Shown here piece after piece: positions 1 to 10,288 of a stretch of 28,175 nucleotides of DNA. The position numbers were made by a program, and so were the translations under genes. The notes below the pieces were generated by a model. It was not told where the DNA came from. It was given only the letters and a program-made list of their open reading frames with translations, and ran no database searches. Position 1 is the stretch's first letter. The number at the start of each line of letters is the position of its first letter. This DNA comes from Chamaesiphon sp. Its GTDB lineage: Bacteria; Cyanobacteriota; Cyanobacteriia; Cyanobacteriales; Chamaesiphonaceae. The stretch lies in assembly GCA_965246715.1 (NCBI GenBank), contig CBDFFH010000024.1, positions 1-28,175 of the forward strand, in the 5' to 3' direction.

Positions 1-59
1 GCCGTTTTAGTCACTCCCAAAGTCGCATAGTAGTCCTTAAAATCTGTTGCTGTTGGCAT
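1..59 (-). CDS. DnaJ-class chaperone (CbpA/DnaJ-like), N-terminal fragment; gene continues off the left edge
   Basis: Not in the ORF track. Reverse strand from ATG at 59 reads MPTATDFKDYYATLGVTKT, the typical J-domain start (DYY-x-LGV). AAGAGA RBS-like sequence upstream; directly downstream of the nitroreductase-like gene. Confidence 0.85.
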   Translation of the reverse strand, partial: MPTATDFKDYYATLGVTKT

Positions 60-111
60 TATTAAATTCTCTTGCGGATTATTCTATTCGTCTCGATCTG
101 GATGTCGTTCA

Positions 112-1227
112 TCATGTCCGTATAAACCGATCGATCGGTCGGCGGAGTGAGACTGGCTGTGGATAGTTCTTTAAATAACCCGTTCGTAGGATAAATTGAA
201 TATGTTCGCCGATACCAATCGATTGATTCAACCTTGCTTTGGTTGATGGTTCTTCCAAGATCTGGGTCATCGGATGGATGGCGATATTCCTTTCCCGCAC
301 TTTTAGGAAAAGTCTTTCCATGCGTCTCCCAGTTTCCAGCAGTGCCGCTACCGAATTATCCTGACTGGTAATTAAAATCCAGCCTGCCGACTCCGATACT
401 TCTTTCTGAATATTATCGATCCCCCGTTCTCTAAAATCCTTGGTCATCACATTGTCTTTATCGTAAGAATTTCGCACTACCCAACCAGGAATTCCAGTTA
501 TTTCCATCCCTGCGGTTGTTAGCCCATCACGATATTTATCGGCATCCTGACTGGAAAATCTAATCCAGTTAGCTAATTCTTGCTGTGCTGGATCGCGGTA
601 AGATTGTAGGCGATTGGCGGCGATCGTTTGCTCGTCGATAAATTTACTTTCTTTACTAGTGTTAGGTAAGTAGTGGATAAATTCCGGCTCTAAATCGACA
701 ATATATGTAATGTCTTCTTGTTTTAGTAGATCGCTGAGAAAATCAGAGCGAACAGTTCGACGGTTAATAATTTTTGTGATGTCAAAGTTATTTGCAGATG
801 CTTTTTTACTCAGTTTTACTTCCATCACTTGCGCGTCTTGATTAGTCGTAGCTAACAACTTCCAATCGCAGACGTAGCCAAAGGAAGCAGCAGCATATTC
901 AAGATTTTGCAGGAAAGCACCGATCGATAACATTGTTTCGCGCTGAGTCGGATCGACAGCAGGGAGCCATTTACTTTTATCGTTGCCGATAATCCAGTGA
1001 TAAGGTTCGAGATATCGGACAAACCACGGCTGGGTATTGTGACCGCTCGGTGCAAGCGAAGCCAGAAATAAAATCTCTTTTTCATCGGGTTTGAGATTTT
1101 TATTGTTATCCTCTGTCTGTTTTATATCTGCTCTGACAAGATTAGTACGATCGCTCAATAAATAAGCTGTTGTCCCAACTAACCCGATCGTTCCAGCGAC
1201 AATGCCAATAAATTTTATCCTGTTCAT
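112..1227 (-). CDS. Acg-family FMN-binding nitroreductase-like protein with N-terminal signal/TM segment
   Basis: LAPSGHNTQPW motif, RRTVR second-domain motif and C-terminal LRTGY...SLRRP. ATG 1227 is preferred over GTG 1236 because GAAGGTG lies just upstream of it. Confidence 0.85.
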   Translation of the reverse strand: MNRIKFIGIVAGTIGLVGTTAYLLSDRTNLVRADIKQTEDNNKNLKPDEKEILFLASLAPSGHNTQPWFVRYLEPYHWIIGNDKSKWLPAVDPTQRETMLSIGAFLQNLEYAAASFGYVCDWKLLATTNQDAQVMEVKLSKKASANNFDITKIINRRTVRSDFLSDLLKQEDITYIVDLEPEFIHYLPNTSKESKFIDEQTIAANRLQSYRDPAQQELANWIRFSSQDADKYRDGLTTAGMEITGIPGWVVRNSYDKDNVMTKDFRERGIDNIQKEVSESAGWILITSQDNSVAALLETGRRMERLFLKVRERNIAIHPMTQILEEPSTKARLNQSIGIGEHIQFILRTGYLKNYPQPVSLRRPIDRFIRT

Positions 1228-1283
1228 AATGAACACCTTCTTAAAGTTTTATTGAATTACTTAGTAGACAGATTATCTAACCT

Positions 1284-2183
1284 TTATGTAACGGCTGTTG
1301 GCTGCGATCGCAACCAACATTCTCGATAGTCATCAACATATCGATCGATCGAAATTGGCGATCGACCTAATAATTGCTGTATATCTGATATCACTATACC
1401 TGCCAACCCAAATCGAGCAGTGGTGTAAATGCCCACCATTACTAAGACAAATTGCAATGGGAATCCTTGCCTCAACATTTGCCAAATAAATATTGGAATT
1501 GAAGGATTAGTATAGTGAATCGGTCTACCTAGAACATTAGTAAAAATTGTTGCAACTTCGTAGTAAGTCAAAGCAACTGCGCCTGTAAGCTCGTAAGCAC
1601 GGTTGATTTCTGATAATTCTTGAGATTGATGATGTTCTTCAGTTAAAAATTTCACCGCAACCGCAGCAATATCTCGCACATCGATAAAACTCGTCTTGCC
1701 ATTGCCAGCAGGCATAAACAACCTATCGCGCAGCCGAATATCTTCACGATGGGTGGTATTGAGATTTTGCATGAAAAAGCTACAGCGCAAGAATACTGCG
1801 GGAATATTTAGCTGTTCGATCGCTCGTTCGATAGCATAATGTGGCACGATTCGATTTTTATTTGCGCCAATAATTGACAGGAATATAATCTCTTTAACAC
1901 CCGATCGTTTGGCGGCATTTAAAGCAGGTGTAATTTTGCTAATATCCGCGATCGCAGGTGGACGTACTAGAAAAAGCTTATTAATTCCAGCGAAAGCATA
2001 GGCGAAAGTATCAGGGTTAGTAAAGTCGAAGGGAACACAGCGAACATTACTACCGAAACTCTTTTGAGCATCAATTATATTTCTGACTGCTGCGGTAACG
2101 GGATAATCCACAACAGAAAGCAACCAAACTACTTCTCGCCCGACATTACCCGTCGCTCCTATTACTAAAATGTTGCTAACCAT
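1284..2183 (-). CDS. NmrA/SDR-family NAD(P)-binding oxidoreductase
   Basis: GATGNVG Rossmann motif; FMQN and SFIDVRDIA motifs and YELTG are typical of atypical SDR/NmrA proteins. Confidence 0.9.
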   Translation of the reverse strand: MVSNILVIGATGNVGREVVWLLSVVDYPVTAAVRNIIDAQKSFGSNVRCVPFDFTNPDTFAYAFAGINKLFLVRPPAIADISKITPALNAAKRSGVKEIIFLSIIGANKNRIVPHYAIERAIEQLNIPAVFLRCSFFMQNLNTTHREDIRLRDRLFMPAGNGKTSFIDVRDIAAVAVKFLTEEHHQSQELSEINRAYELTGAVALTYYEVATIFTNVLGRPIHYTNPSIPIFIWQMLRQGFPLQFVLVMVGIYTTARFGLAGIVISDIQQLLGRSPISIDRYVDDYRECWLRSQPTAVT

Positions 2184-2204
2184 GAGAATTTATCCCCTTT
2201 AAAT

Positions 2205-4031
2205 CTATTGCTTCCTAAATATTAAAACAGACCATTTGGGAAGATTGACATAGATCTTTCCATCTCCTTCGACGTGAAGATAGCTTCCATAATTACCTGA
2301 ATCATTCCAACCGTCATACTGCGGCGATTGAGAGTTGAAAATTTCTGACCATCGACCAGTTTCTCCACCTAAATTGATTCCGTAATTATGTTCTTGCCAC
2401 TGACGATCGCTCAGATTAGCAACAACTATGACAATATTGCCGCCTTCATGCCAGCGTTTGAAAGCTAAGACCGTATTTGTACGATCTTCATGAATAAATT
2501 GCAAAGTATCACTGCGTAAAGCCGGATTATGCCAGCGTACCCAGTTGATATCTTTAACTAGATTTCGCATAGAAATACCGATCGAATCTCCCGCAATTGC
2601 CCAATCGAATCGATGTTCGGAAGTTACTGGATTTCCATCGGGATTCGGCCACCAATAGCCCCAGTGATGACATTCAGATCCCATGAATAACATTGGCGTA
2701 CCAGGCATCGCCACATTTAAAGCCCAACCAAGTCGGGCTTTAGCTCGTGCGTACCAGTTATCTCGTCCGCCACATAACTCTACAAAATAGCGATTTTCGG
2801 GTTGTTCTCCACTTTTAGAATCAGCAATTCTGTCGTGTGAACCGAGCAAATAACGAATAAAATTCCAAGACCTGTCTAATCCCATCCAACCGATAAATGA
2901 CTTGAGTTGGTCGATGGCATTGTCTCCATTGACAGCACGAAGAAAAGCAAACGGATCGGACATTGCCCACACCGCATTGAAGCCTAATTCACGGATTACT
3001 TTACCCCAGCGATCTTGCTGTTCGCTCGTCCATTCGGCAATCAGATATTTATCGCGCCAGTAGGGATTTTCGCGAAGTCCGGCCATAATATGTTGAGTGC
3101 ATTCCCACGTCAGACTATGGGCCATATCAAACCGCAAACCATCGCCGCGATATTCATGCAATAGCATCCGAGCGTGGTCGAGTAAAAAGTTTTGGACTTC
3201 CGATTTCCAGTGTGCGAAGGAGCGACCGTCTTCATCGCGCAACGGTTCGTAATGAAATGGGTCTTCAAAATAAATCCCGCCTTCATCAGTGGTATTACCA
3301 TCGTATTGCCAGTAATGATTGTGACTGCTCGAAGCATGATGGTAAACAACATCGAAAATCACCGCTAGACCGTGCCTGTGCGCGGCATCTACCAGCGATC
3401 GCAAGTCTGCTGGAGTCCCATACCCATTATGCGGTGCGAACAGGTTGGTGGCTCCATAACCTTCCCCATCGATCCCATCAACTTGCTCGGTGGGTAATAG
3501 TTGGAGGGCGTTAAAACCGAGTTCGCGAATGTATCCGAGCTTCGTCTCAAAGTCGGCAAACGTGGCATAAGTTGAAATATTGAGATGGTCATTGAGTCCG
3601 GCAAATGACCCGACATGCGCCTCGTAAATAATCAGATCTGCAAATTTGGGCGTGGCAAATTCAGACCACTCCTGCTGCCAATCGACGACGATCCCTCTGG
3701 CGTTATCTTCAGCACTCTCTACTTGTCTTGCGTAGGTATCCACCCGCATAAAGATCCCACCTGGATTGGTAGCATCGCCGCCTTTATTGACGATCGAGAA
3801 TTGATAGGGTTGACCTGCTACAACGTCTGCTACATCTACCGACCAATAGCTAGGATTACTCGGTTCTGGTGCGAGGGCAACTTGGGATATTCGCTCGTCG
3901 TGCCAAATGCAAACTGAAACGGCGGTCGCGTTGGGTGCCCAAACTCGAAACGAACATTCATCACCAATCAAATTTGCACCCATTCCAGGATGAACGCTTG
4001 TGGTAGCCGATTCAAGTTGATTAACTACCAC
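2205..4031 (-). CDS. GH13 alpha-amylase-family glycosidase with N-terminal CBM48 (branching-enzyme/trehalohydrolase-like)
   Basis: FRVWAPNA (CBM48), IYEAHVGSF, DVVYHH; catalytic triad motifs GLRFD, IAEW and GSHD are intact; C-terminal all-beta domain. Confidence 0.9.
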   Translation of the reverse strand: MVVNQLESATTSVHPGMGANLIGDECSFRVWAPNATAVSVCIWHDERISQVALAPEPSNPSYWSVDVADVVAGQPYQFSIVNKGGDATNPGGIFMRVDTYARQVESAEDNARGIVVDWQQEWSEFATPKFADLIIYEAHVGSFAGLNDHLNISTYATFADFETKLGYIRELGFNALQLLPTEQVDGIDGEGYGATNLFAPHNGYGTPADLRSLVDAAHRHGLAVIFDVVYHHASSSHNHYWQYDGNTTDEGGIYFEDPFHYEPLRDEDGRSFAHWKSEVQNFLLDHARMLLHEYRGDGLRFDMAHSLTWECTQHIMAGLRENPYWRDKYLIAEWTSEQQDRWGKVIRELGFNAVWAMSDPFAFLRAVNGDNAIDQLKSFIGWMGLDRSWNFIRYLLGSHDRIADSKSGEQPENRYFVELCGGRDNWYARAKARLGWALNVAMPGTPMLFMGSECHHWGYWWPNPDGNPVTSEHRFDWAIAGDSIGISMRNLVKDINWVRWHNPALRSDTLQFIHEDRTNTVLAFKRWHEGGNIVIVVANLSDRQWQEHNYGINLGGETGRWSEIFNSQSPQYDGWNDSGNYGSYLHVEGDGKIYVNLPKWSVLIFRKQ

Positions 4032-4136
4032 TCAAAATATCCTCTTGGGTTGAAAGGCAAAAACACGAGCAATATTATTCGGTTAACTTACAAAAACTAA
4101 AATAAATAATTTATTTTTTTCAAACTAAGCATAATT

Positions 4137-4169
4137 ATCCTAACTTTAAACTGTGAGGATATTGTGAGG
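4137..4169 (-). promoter_or_regulatory. Direct-repeat operator plus -10 box for the GH13 operon
   Basis: Minus strand reads CCTCACA-ATAT-CCTCACA-N9-TAGGAT. The same architecture occurs at 5435-5467 and 21814-21846. Confidence 0.6.
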
Positions 4170-4375
4170 TAAGTACAATATATTTTGCTTGAAATTGTAA
4201 TGATGATAACTGCAAGCTATAGCCAGAAGCAATTATAGAATTATAGTCAGATAAAATCAGTTAATAATAATTAAAACACTTACAAAGACTACTAATATTT
4301 CGCACTGTTTATTAAGATATTTTTATCTATACATTTAGACAGAGGTTTTTATTAATTCGATCGATTCAACTGAAG

Positions 4376-4738
4376 ATGAGAGCTTTTATGTCTACCATTC
4401 AATTAGAGTTACCTATGTTGAAACTTACTTCACTAGCGTTGGCGCAGCCTATCGGAACGATAATCGGGTTAATCACGATCGTCTCCTTTGCACCCAAGTC
4501 TGAAGCGATGAGCGCAAATGTTCAGCCGTCGTCGTTGCAGCAACCAGCCGGAAACCTTCACTCCCAAATTATTTTCCGAATCGGCGATCGTGGCTATACT
4601 CGCCGTGAAGAATGGCAGTATCGTCGCGACTTGAAGATGCAGCAACGACGAGCGGAACGTCGCCAATACAGCCGTGAGGGTGGATATAACCGTAATGGTG
4701 GATATAACCGCGATGGTCAAAATCGCCGAGATCGCTAA
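4376..4738 (+). CDS. Hypothetical secreted protein with Arg/Gly-rich C-terminus
   Basis: Hydrophobic segment ending SEA (signal-peptide like). 18-bp tandem repeat GGTGGATATAACCG at 4679 and 4697 encodes GGYNR twice. True start may be a downstream Met. Confidence 0.6.
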   Translation: MRAFMSTIQLELPMLKLTSLALAQPIGTIIGLITIVSFAPKSEAMSANVQPSSLQQPAGNLHSQIIFRIGDRGYTRREEWQYRRDLKMQQRRAERRQYSREGGYNRNGGYNRDGQNRRDR

Positions 4739-4812
4739 GCTAATTTACTTAAAAAAATAGCAACTAGGATATTGCATCAACTAATATCCCTGCACCAAAA
4801 TTTGAGGCAATA

Positions 4813-5340
4813 ATGTTGAATATTAGTCTAAATTTAAAGGTCGCTTTACCACTAATTTTAATTAGTCTGCTAGCTCAAGAAGTCAATGCTCAGGTCAAGC
4901 AAAATCGTTTGCGAAATACACTCACAGGATCGGGTTATTGTTTAGATGTTATCAATGATGGCGATAATAACAAACTGACTATGGCTCGATGTGCTAACGT
5001 TGCTGGACAACGTTGGAGTCTGACAGCTAGTGAGACAAATCCTCAAGCTTATCGCTTGCAGACTCCATTTACAGGCACTGACAATTGTTTAGCGACGATC
5101 GATGATAGGAACAATAATCGAATAACGATCGCTCAATGTAGCGATGCTCCCGGACAACTTTGGAGCATTACACCTAGCAATGCGAATCCTGGTTCCTCTG
5201 GCTATTCTAATTTACGGAATGAGCTTACAGGCGTGGACAAGTGTTTGAAAATCATCAATGACGGTCGAAATAATAAACTGACGATGGCTACATGTAGTAA
5301 CCTCGCTGGACAAAGCTGGAAAATTACACAAACTCCCTAG
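4813..5340 (+). CDS. Secreted ricin-type beta-trefoil (QxW) lectin domain protein
   Basis: Signal peptide ending VNA, then three repeats CL-x(14-15)-C-x5-Q-x-W (GQRW, GQLW, GQSW). GAGG RBS upstream. Confidence 0.85.
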   Translation: MLNISLNLKVALPLILISLLAQEVNAQVKQNRLRNTLTGSGYCLDVINDGDNNKLTMARCANVAGQRWSLTASETNPQAYRLQTPFTGTDNCLATIDDRNNNRITIAQCSDAPGQLWSITPSNANPGSSGYSNLRNELTGVDKCLKIINDGRNNKLTMATCSNLAGQSWKITQTP

Positions 5341-5434
5341 TTAATGTGTTGGTGTACCCTGTCTTTTGGATAATTATCAAAGGTAGGCAAAGATAATGCT
5401 AGCAGTGTAAGATGTTGGACTTTTCACAAATATT

Positions 5435-5467
5435 TCTCACAGGTTCCTCATCTTATCTCGCTCGGAT
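5435..5467 (+). promoter_or_regulatory. Direct-repeat operator plus degenerate -10 box for the membrane-protein operon
   Basis: TCTCACA-GGTT-CCTCATC-N9-TCGGAT, with an additional TTCACA at 5423-5428. Confidence 0.5.
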
Positions 5468-5508
5468 GAAATTAGTCACTTTTCTAGTTATTAACGAGGA
5501 TAAAAATT

Positions 5509-6375
5509 ATGAAATGGCAACAATTAATCCTAGCTTTTATAGCCACTATTTGCTTAATTTTTGCGGGAAAGGCTTTGGCACAGACGGATGTTAATATTAA
5601 CAATACCAACCTGATTCGCTTTGGTGGCAGTGTCACTGTAGCAGAGAACCAAACTGTCGAAAATGCTCATGCTTTTGGTGGGAGTGTAACGATATCCCCT
5701 AATGCTAGAGTTTTGGGTACAGCAATTGCTTTTGGTGGCGATGTCATTCTCAAAAAAGGGGCGCGGGTAGATGGTGATGCCTACTCCTTTGGCGGCAAAA
5801 TCGTCCAGGAACCAGGTGCGATTATTGGCGGCGAACGTGCGACATTTAGCGATAGACATGGGATGATGCCTGACTCTTATGGGAGGCGCAGTTTATTTCC
5901 TTGGTATTTCTTCAATGCTATTTTTAGAATTAGTGCCGCTGTAGTATCAGCGATTCTCGGACTGATTATCTTGCAAACCAGTCCGCAGTTTTTACCGAAT
6001 TTGGCTACAAAGTTGCGTCAATATCCTGGTTTGGCAGCTCTGTGGGGAATTGGGGCAATTTTATCAATTCTCTTTAGCACTGTGTTTTTGGCAATTACGT
6101 TAATTGGCATTCCCTTAATTCCAATCCTGAGTTTGAGTGCGGTTGTCACTTCGTTAGTCGGTTCGCTGGGTGTAGCTTTGTTTGTCGGTCAACGCATCGA
6201 TCGAAATAGTCAGCAGTCAGCATTACAGCAGTTCTTAATTGGTTTGGCGATTTTGACTGTTCTGACACTGATTCCGTTTTTGGGAGGCTTGGTAGTTTTC
6301 TTAATTAATCTGTTCGGTTTGGGTGTCATCTTGCTCTGGAAATTCGGTAGAGAACAACCTCAAATGGTTAGCTAA
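5509..6375 (+). CDS. Membrane protein with exported beta-solenoid (bactofilin/polymer-forming-like FGG repeats) and multiple C-terminal TM helices
   Basis: Signal peptide (ALA), four xFGG-x-V/I repeats and a strongly hydrophobic C-terminal half (LAITLIGIPL, IPFLGG). GAGGA RBS upstream. Confidence 0.75.
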   Translation: MKWQQLILAFIATICLIFAGKALAQTDVNINNTNLIRFGGSVTVAENQTVENAHAFGGSVTISPNARVLGTAIAFGGDVILKKGARVDGDAYSFGGKIVQEPGAIIGGERATFSDRHGMMPDSYGRRSLFPWYFFNAIFRISAAVVSAILGLIILQTSPQFLPNLATKLRQYPGLAALWGIGAILSILFSTVFLAITLIGIPLIPILSLSAVVTSLVGSLGVALFVGQRIDRNSQQSALQQFLIGLAILTVLTLIPFLGGLVVFLINLFGLGVILLWKFGREQPQMVS

Positions 6376-6479
6376 TTGTAATGGGCAAATTGGTAGTTTT
6401 AGCGATCGCCACCATTTTTGCAGTCATCTCGATCGTCACACTCTATCAAATCCTAAATCAACAACTCTAGGTCAGTATT

Positions 6480-7328
6480 ATGTGGATAAAATCGATCGTA
6501 ATTATTACTGTATCAGTTATTGTTTTGTTTGGAATTGTGAGCCTTTATGGCAGATATCGGTGGCAGTCAGAGACCGATCGATTGCGCGCTCGGTTAACCA
6601 ATGGGAAGCAAACTATTAATCCCAAAACATACGATCCAAAGGAGCTTGAAGGTCTACCAACTCCGGTGCAGCGATTTTTTCAGACTGTGTTGAAACCTGG
6701 ACAACCGATCGTGGCGGCGGTTAACCTCTCTCAGCAGGGAATATTCAACATGAGTGAAACTGCGAACAAGTGGAGTCCGTTTACTGCCACTCAAATTGTG
6801 ACAACTCAACGTCAGGGGTTTGATTGGGATGCACGGATTCAGATGGCTCCAGGAGTGAGTGCCTTCGTTCATGATGTCTATGCGTTGGGAGAAGGCAGCT
6901 TACACGCGTCGTTGCTCGGTCTTTTTACCGTTGCCGATGTACGCGGGACTCCAGAAGCCGCCCAAGGTGAGCTGCTGCGATTTTTTGCCGAGATGCCTTG
7001 GTATCCGACTGCGCTATTACCCAGTCAGGGTGTGCGCTGGGAAGCCATTGACGATACCTCAGCCCGCGCTATATTGACCGATGTTCCAACAACAGTATCC
7101 CTCGTGTTTCGGTTTAATGCTGAAGGGACGATCGAGACCATGCGGGCTGAAGCGCGTTATCGCGACAAGCTGACTGCGATGCCTTGGAGCGGCAGGTTTT
7201 GGGACTATTCAGTTCGTAATGGGATGCTGATTCCTTTAGAAGGCGAGGTGGGATGGGAGTATCCAGACGGCATTCGGCTCTATTACAAAGGAAAAGTTAC
7301 AAAGATTAACTATGAGTTTGCCGCATAA
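6480..7328 (+). CDS. Conserved membrane-anchored protein (DUF6920/DUF6544-like)
   Basis: N-terminal TM; LPxPVQRFF, GFDWDARI, QGELLRFFAE-x-PWYPTALLP and W-x-G-x-F-x-DY motifs recalled from this family. Confidence 0.7.
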   Translation: MWIKSIVIITVSVIVLFGIVSLYGRYRWQSETDRLRARLTNGKQTINPKTYDPKELEGLPTPVQRFFQTVLKPGQPIVAAVNLSQQGIFNMSETANKWSPFTATQIVTTQRQGFDWDARIQMAPGVSAFVHDVYALGEGSLHASLLGLFTVADVRGTPEAAQGELLRFFAEMPWYPTALLPSQGVRWEAIDDTSARAILTDVPTTVSLVFRFNAEGTIETMRAEARYRDKLTAMPWSGRFWDYSVRNGMLIPLEGEVGWEYPDGIRLYYKGKVTKINYEFAA

Positions 7329-8181
7329 TCCAGTCGATCTAATTGGTAGCTTTGAAAAACACAATTTCCCTAGCTTTCGTAACCCCACGATCGATACGAT
7401 GATTTGGGGTCGCCAGCGGCATCATATACCTATTTTATTGCAAATTGATGTCACAGAGGCTCGATCGGCAATCCACGCTCTCAAAGTGAAAACTGGGCAG
7501 GGAATTAGTTTTACAGGCTGGATTGTCAAATGTCTTGCCCAAGCAGTCAGCGAACACAAAGATGTTCATGCGATCCGCAAAGGTCAACGGCAGCTAGTGA
7601 TTTTTGATGATGTGGATGTAACTATTATTATCGAACGCGCAGTTGCAGGTGAAAAATTGCCAATGCCTTATATCATTCGGCAAGCCAACGAGAAAACTCT
7701 GCTGGATATTCATGCCGAAATCCGCGCCGCCCAAAAATCGCCAGTTGAGCTAGGGACAGTGCAGCTTGGTTCGATCCAGACAGCTCGGATGACTAAAATC
7801 TTTGCGATCCTGCCACGTTTTTTAAGAAATCTGTTGTTTTGGCGACCGTTATTTCGCGATCCATTCTTACTCAAGCGCACGATGGATACTGTCTCAATTA
7901 CATCTATCGGTATGTTTGGGGGCGGGATGAGTTGGAGTATTCCGATTGGCATTCATCCCTTAATGATTGCTGTGGGAGGAATTGCTAAACAACCAGGTGT
8001 TATTGACGATAAGATTGTCATTCGTGAGTATGTAGGACTGACAGTAATATTCGACCACGATGTAACAGATGGTGTGCCAGTAGCCAGATTCATTAAGCGG
8101 TTACAAGAATTGATGACCAGTCGAGATGGACTAGAAGCAGCATCAGATCGTAATATCCACAACTCAGAATTACAAGATTGA
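7312..8181 (+). CDS. Stand-alone 2-oxoacid dehydrogenase E2-type acyltransferase catalytic domain (no lipoyl domain)
   Basis: FDHDVTDG (HxxxDG) active-site motif, ITSIG, PxARF; overlaps the upstream gene by 17 nt. Confidence 0.85.
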   Translation: MSLPHNPVDLIGSFEKHNFPSFRNPTIDTMIWGRQRHHIPILLQIDVTEARSAIHALKVKTGQGISFTGWIVKCLAQAVSEHKDVHAIRKGQRQLVIFDDVDVTIIIERAVAGEKLPMPYIIRQANEKTLLDIHAEIRAAQKSPVELGTVQLGSIQTARMTKIFAILPRFLRNLLFWRPLFRDPFLLKRTMDTVSITSIGMFGGGMSWSIPIGIHPLMIAVGGIAKQPGVIDDKIVIREYVGLTVIFDHDVTDGVPVARFIKRLQELMTSRDGLEAASDRNIHNSELQD

Positions 8182-8202
8182 GGTTAAATATGAAAATATT
8201 TT

Positions 8203-9620
8203 GGCTCTCCTAGACTAGTTATGACAAATCAATACTAATAAATTATTAAAATTGCTAAAAATCGCAAAATAAATTTACCCAGAACTTTTACCTAGCATTG
8301 ACTAGAGGGTACATATTGTGATATCAAGAAATCAATCAAAGTAGCTAGAAAATGTGTTTTTACTAAAATGCCATCTAACTCTCTGCTCCATTTTATTACT
8401 AAAGTCATTAATTTTGAAGGATTTCAAGCTAGAAATTATTATTTTATTACTGAAAATGAGTTAATGATTGAGTTGGAAAATAAAGCAAAAGAAGTAATTT
8501 GTCCCCACTGCAATAAAAGTACTGATAAAGTCCATCAATCTCATTGGTATCGGGTCAGAGATATTCCTGGTAGTGGTTGGGATATTTTTTTAAATGTAAA
8601 TCGTCGTCAGTTTAGATGTAGAAGCTGCTCTCAACTCTTTTCTGAGGAGTTAAATTTTATTAAAAAAAGAAGAACCTACACCAAAAGACTAGCAAAGAAA
8701 ATAATAGAGGAAGTCTTAGAAACAGATATTGTTAATACAGCCAAAAGAAATAGAATCACTCCAGCGGAGATCGAAACAATTCTCAAAGAAGTAGAAGAAG
8801 ATTGTTTGAGTGAAAAGCCAACCGAACTAAAACGGTTAGGAATAGATGAGATTACCCATTTAAAAGGAGGAAGAAATTATGTAGCAGTGTTGGTAGATAT
8901 AGACAAGCGAAAACCGATAGCACTCCTAGAGAAAAGAAACAAAGAGACAATACTAGAATACTTGCGGGGATTAGGCTCAGAGTTATTAAATCAAATAGAA
9001 GAGGTGAGCATAGATCTTTGGGTTCCTTATAAAAGTGTGGTAGAGGAATTAATACCCAATGCACGAGTAGTAGCAGACAGATTTCACGTTATGAAACAAA
9101 TTAATGAGGAATTAGATCGTGAGAGAAGAAGAGAAAAAAGAGCAGCAAATAAAATCAAGAACAAGAAAGAAAGAGATCGGAAAATTCAGGTAATTACGCA
9201 CAGCAAGTATCCCTTACTCAAGAGCAAAGAAAACTTAAACGAGCGAGAAAAAGACAAATTAGCAGAAGTCCAAAAGTCAATGCCAAGCTTAATAAAAATG
9301 TATCAAATGAAGGAAGATTTTCGAGATATACTCAACCGTAAGATAACAGAAGATGAGGCATTTTGGTGTTTGGTAGAATGGATGGCATTAGCTTATCAGA
9401 AGTTCCCACAAAGCTGTCAAACTATCAAAAGATGGTTTGAAGAGATTCTGGCTTATTTTAATCACCGGACAACTCAAGGAGCGGTCGAGGGAATCAATCA
9501 AAAAATTAAACTAATTAAAAGAAGAGCTTATGGCTTAACTAATTTTGCCAACTTCCGAAGAAGAGTCTTATTAAATTGGCATTTTTGCTATTAATTTTTC
9601 ATAGCTAGTCTAGGAGAGCC
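8203..9620 (+). mobile_element. ISL3-family insertion sequence, 1418 bp, complete
   Basis: Terminal IRs GGCTCTCCTAGACTAG(T/C)TATGA..., 27/30 identical. 8-bp target duplication AATATTTT at 8195-8202 and 9621-9628. Confidence 0.95.
8368..9594 (+). CDS. ISL3-family transposase
   Basis: Zinc finger CPHC...CRSC; GIDE, SIDLW, ADRFHV and VEGINQKIKLIKRRAYG motifs; uninterrupted. Confidence 0.95.
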   Translation: MPSNSLLHFITKVINFEGFQARNYYFITENELMIELENKAKEVICPHCNKSTDKVHQSHWYRVRDIPGSGWDIFLNVNRRQFRCRSCSQLFSEELNFIKKRRTYTKRLAKKIIEEVLETDIVNTAKRNRITPAEIETILKEVEEDCLSEKPTELKRLGIDEITHLKGGRNYVAVLVDIDKRKPIALLEKRNKETILEYLRGLGSELLNQIEEVSIDLWVPYKSVVEELIPNARVVADRFHVMKQINEELDRERRREKRAANKIKNKKERDRKIQVITHSKYPLLKSKENLNEREKDKLAEVQKSMPSLIKMYQMKEDFRDILNRKITEDEAFWCLVEWMALAYQKFPQSCQTIKRWFEEILAYFNHRTTQGAVEGINQKIKLIKRRAYGLTNFANFRRRVLLNWHFCY

Positions 9621-10288
9621 AATATTTTTTAGCAATAAACCTGCTGTCAAATTATCTTTATTAGTCACAATAGCAGTTGCTCTGAGTATTTGGATGGGAA
9701 GTAATCCTATTTCTCTTCAGCATGGAAAATTATCAGTTCCAGTTACAACTTCCACGGTTACTTCCAATAATTCAACCCAACAAATTCAACCGCAAGTTTA
9801 TTGGTTACGATCGAATCAAAACAAACTAACTCTAGTTGCCAAATCATTACCATCGAATACACCAAGTTCTAGTTCCCCACAGCAAGGATTAACAATCGCC
9901 ATGCAACAATTACTAGCAGCCCAACCTCGTGATGATTTGAGCAGTACGATTCCTAAAGGTACCAAGCTGCTGAATTTGCAAGTTCGTGCTGATGGGGTGC
10001 ATGTTGACTTATCGCCAGAATTTCGATCTGGTGGTGGTAGTACCTCAATGATTTATCGAGTCGCACAGGTGATTTATACAGCTACCAGCCTCGATCCCAA
10101 TCGAGAGATTTTTCTCTCTGTCGGCGGACAATCGATCGATAATAACCATCCATTATGTGGTGAAGGATTAATCTTGCAGCAACCGACTACCCGCGATTCT
10201 CCAGAGGAGCAACTAAGCCGACATTTTACGTCGTTTAAGGGATGAAAGAAACTGCTCTAGGACACTGACAAGCAATTATGCTAGAGAA

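Noticed and set aside
9694..10245. ORF-track 183-aa protein as an intact gene
   Set aside because: It is the middle fragment of the GerMN pseudogene; its C-terminus (QLSRHFTSFKG) is read from IS110 DNA.
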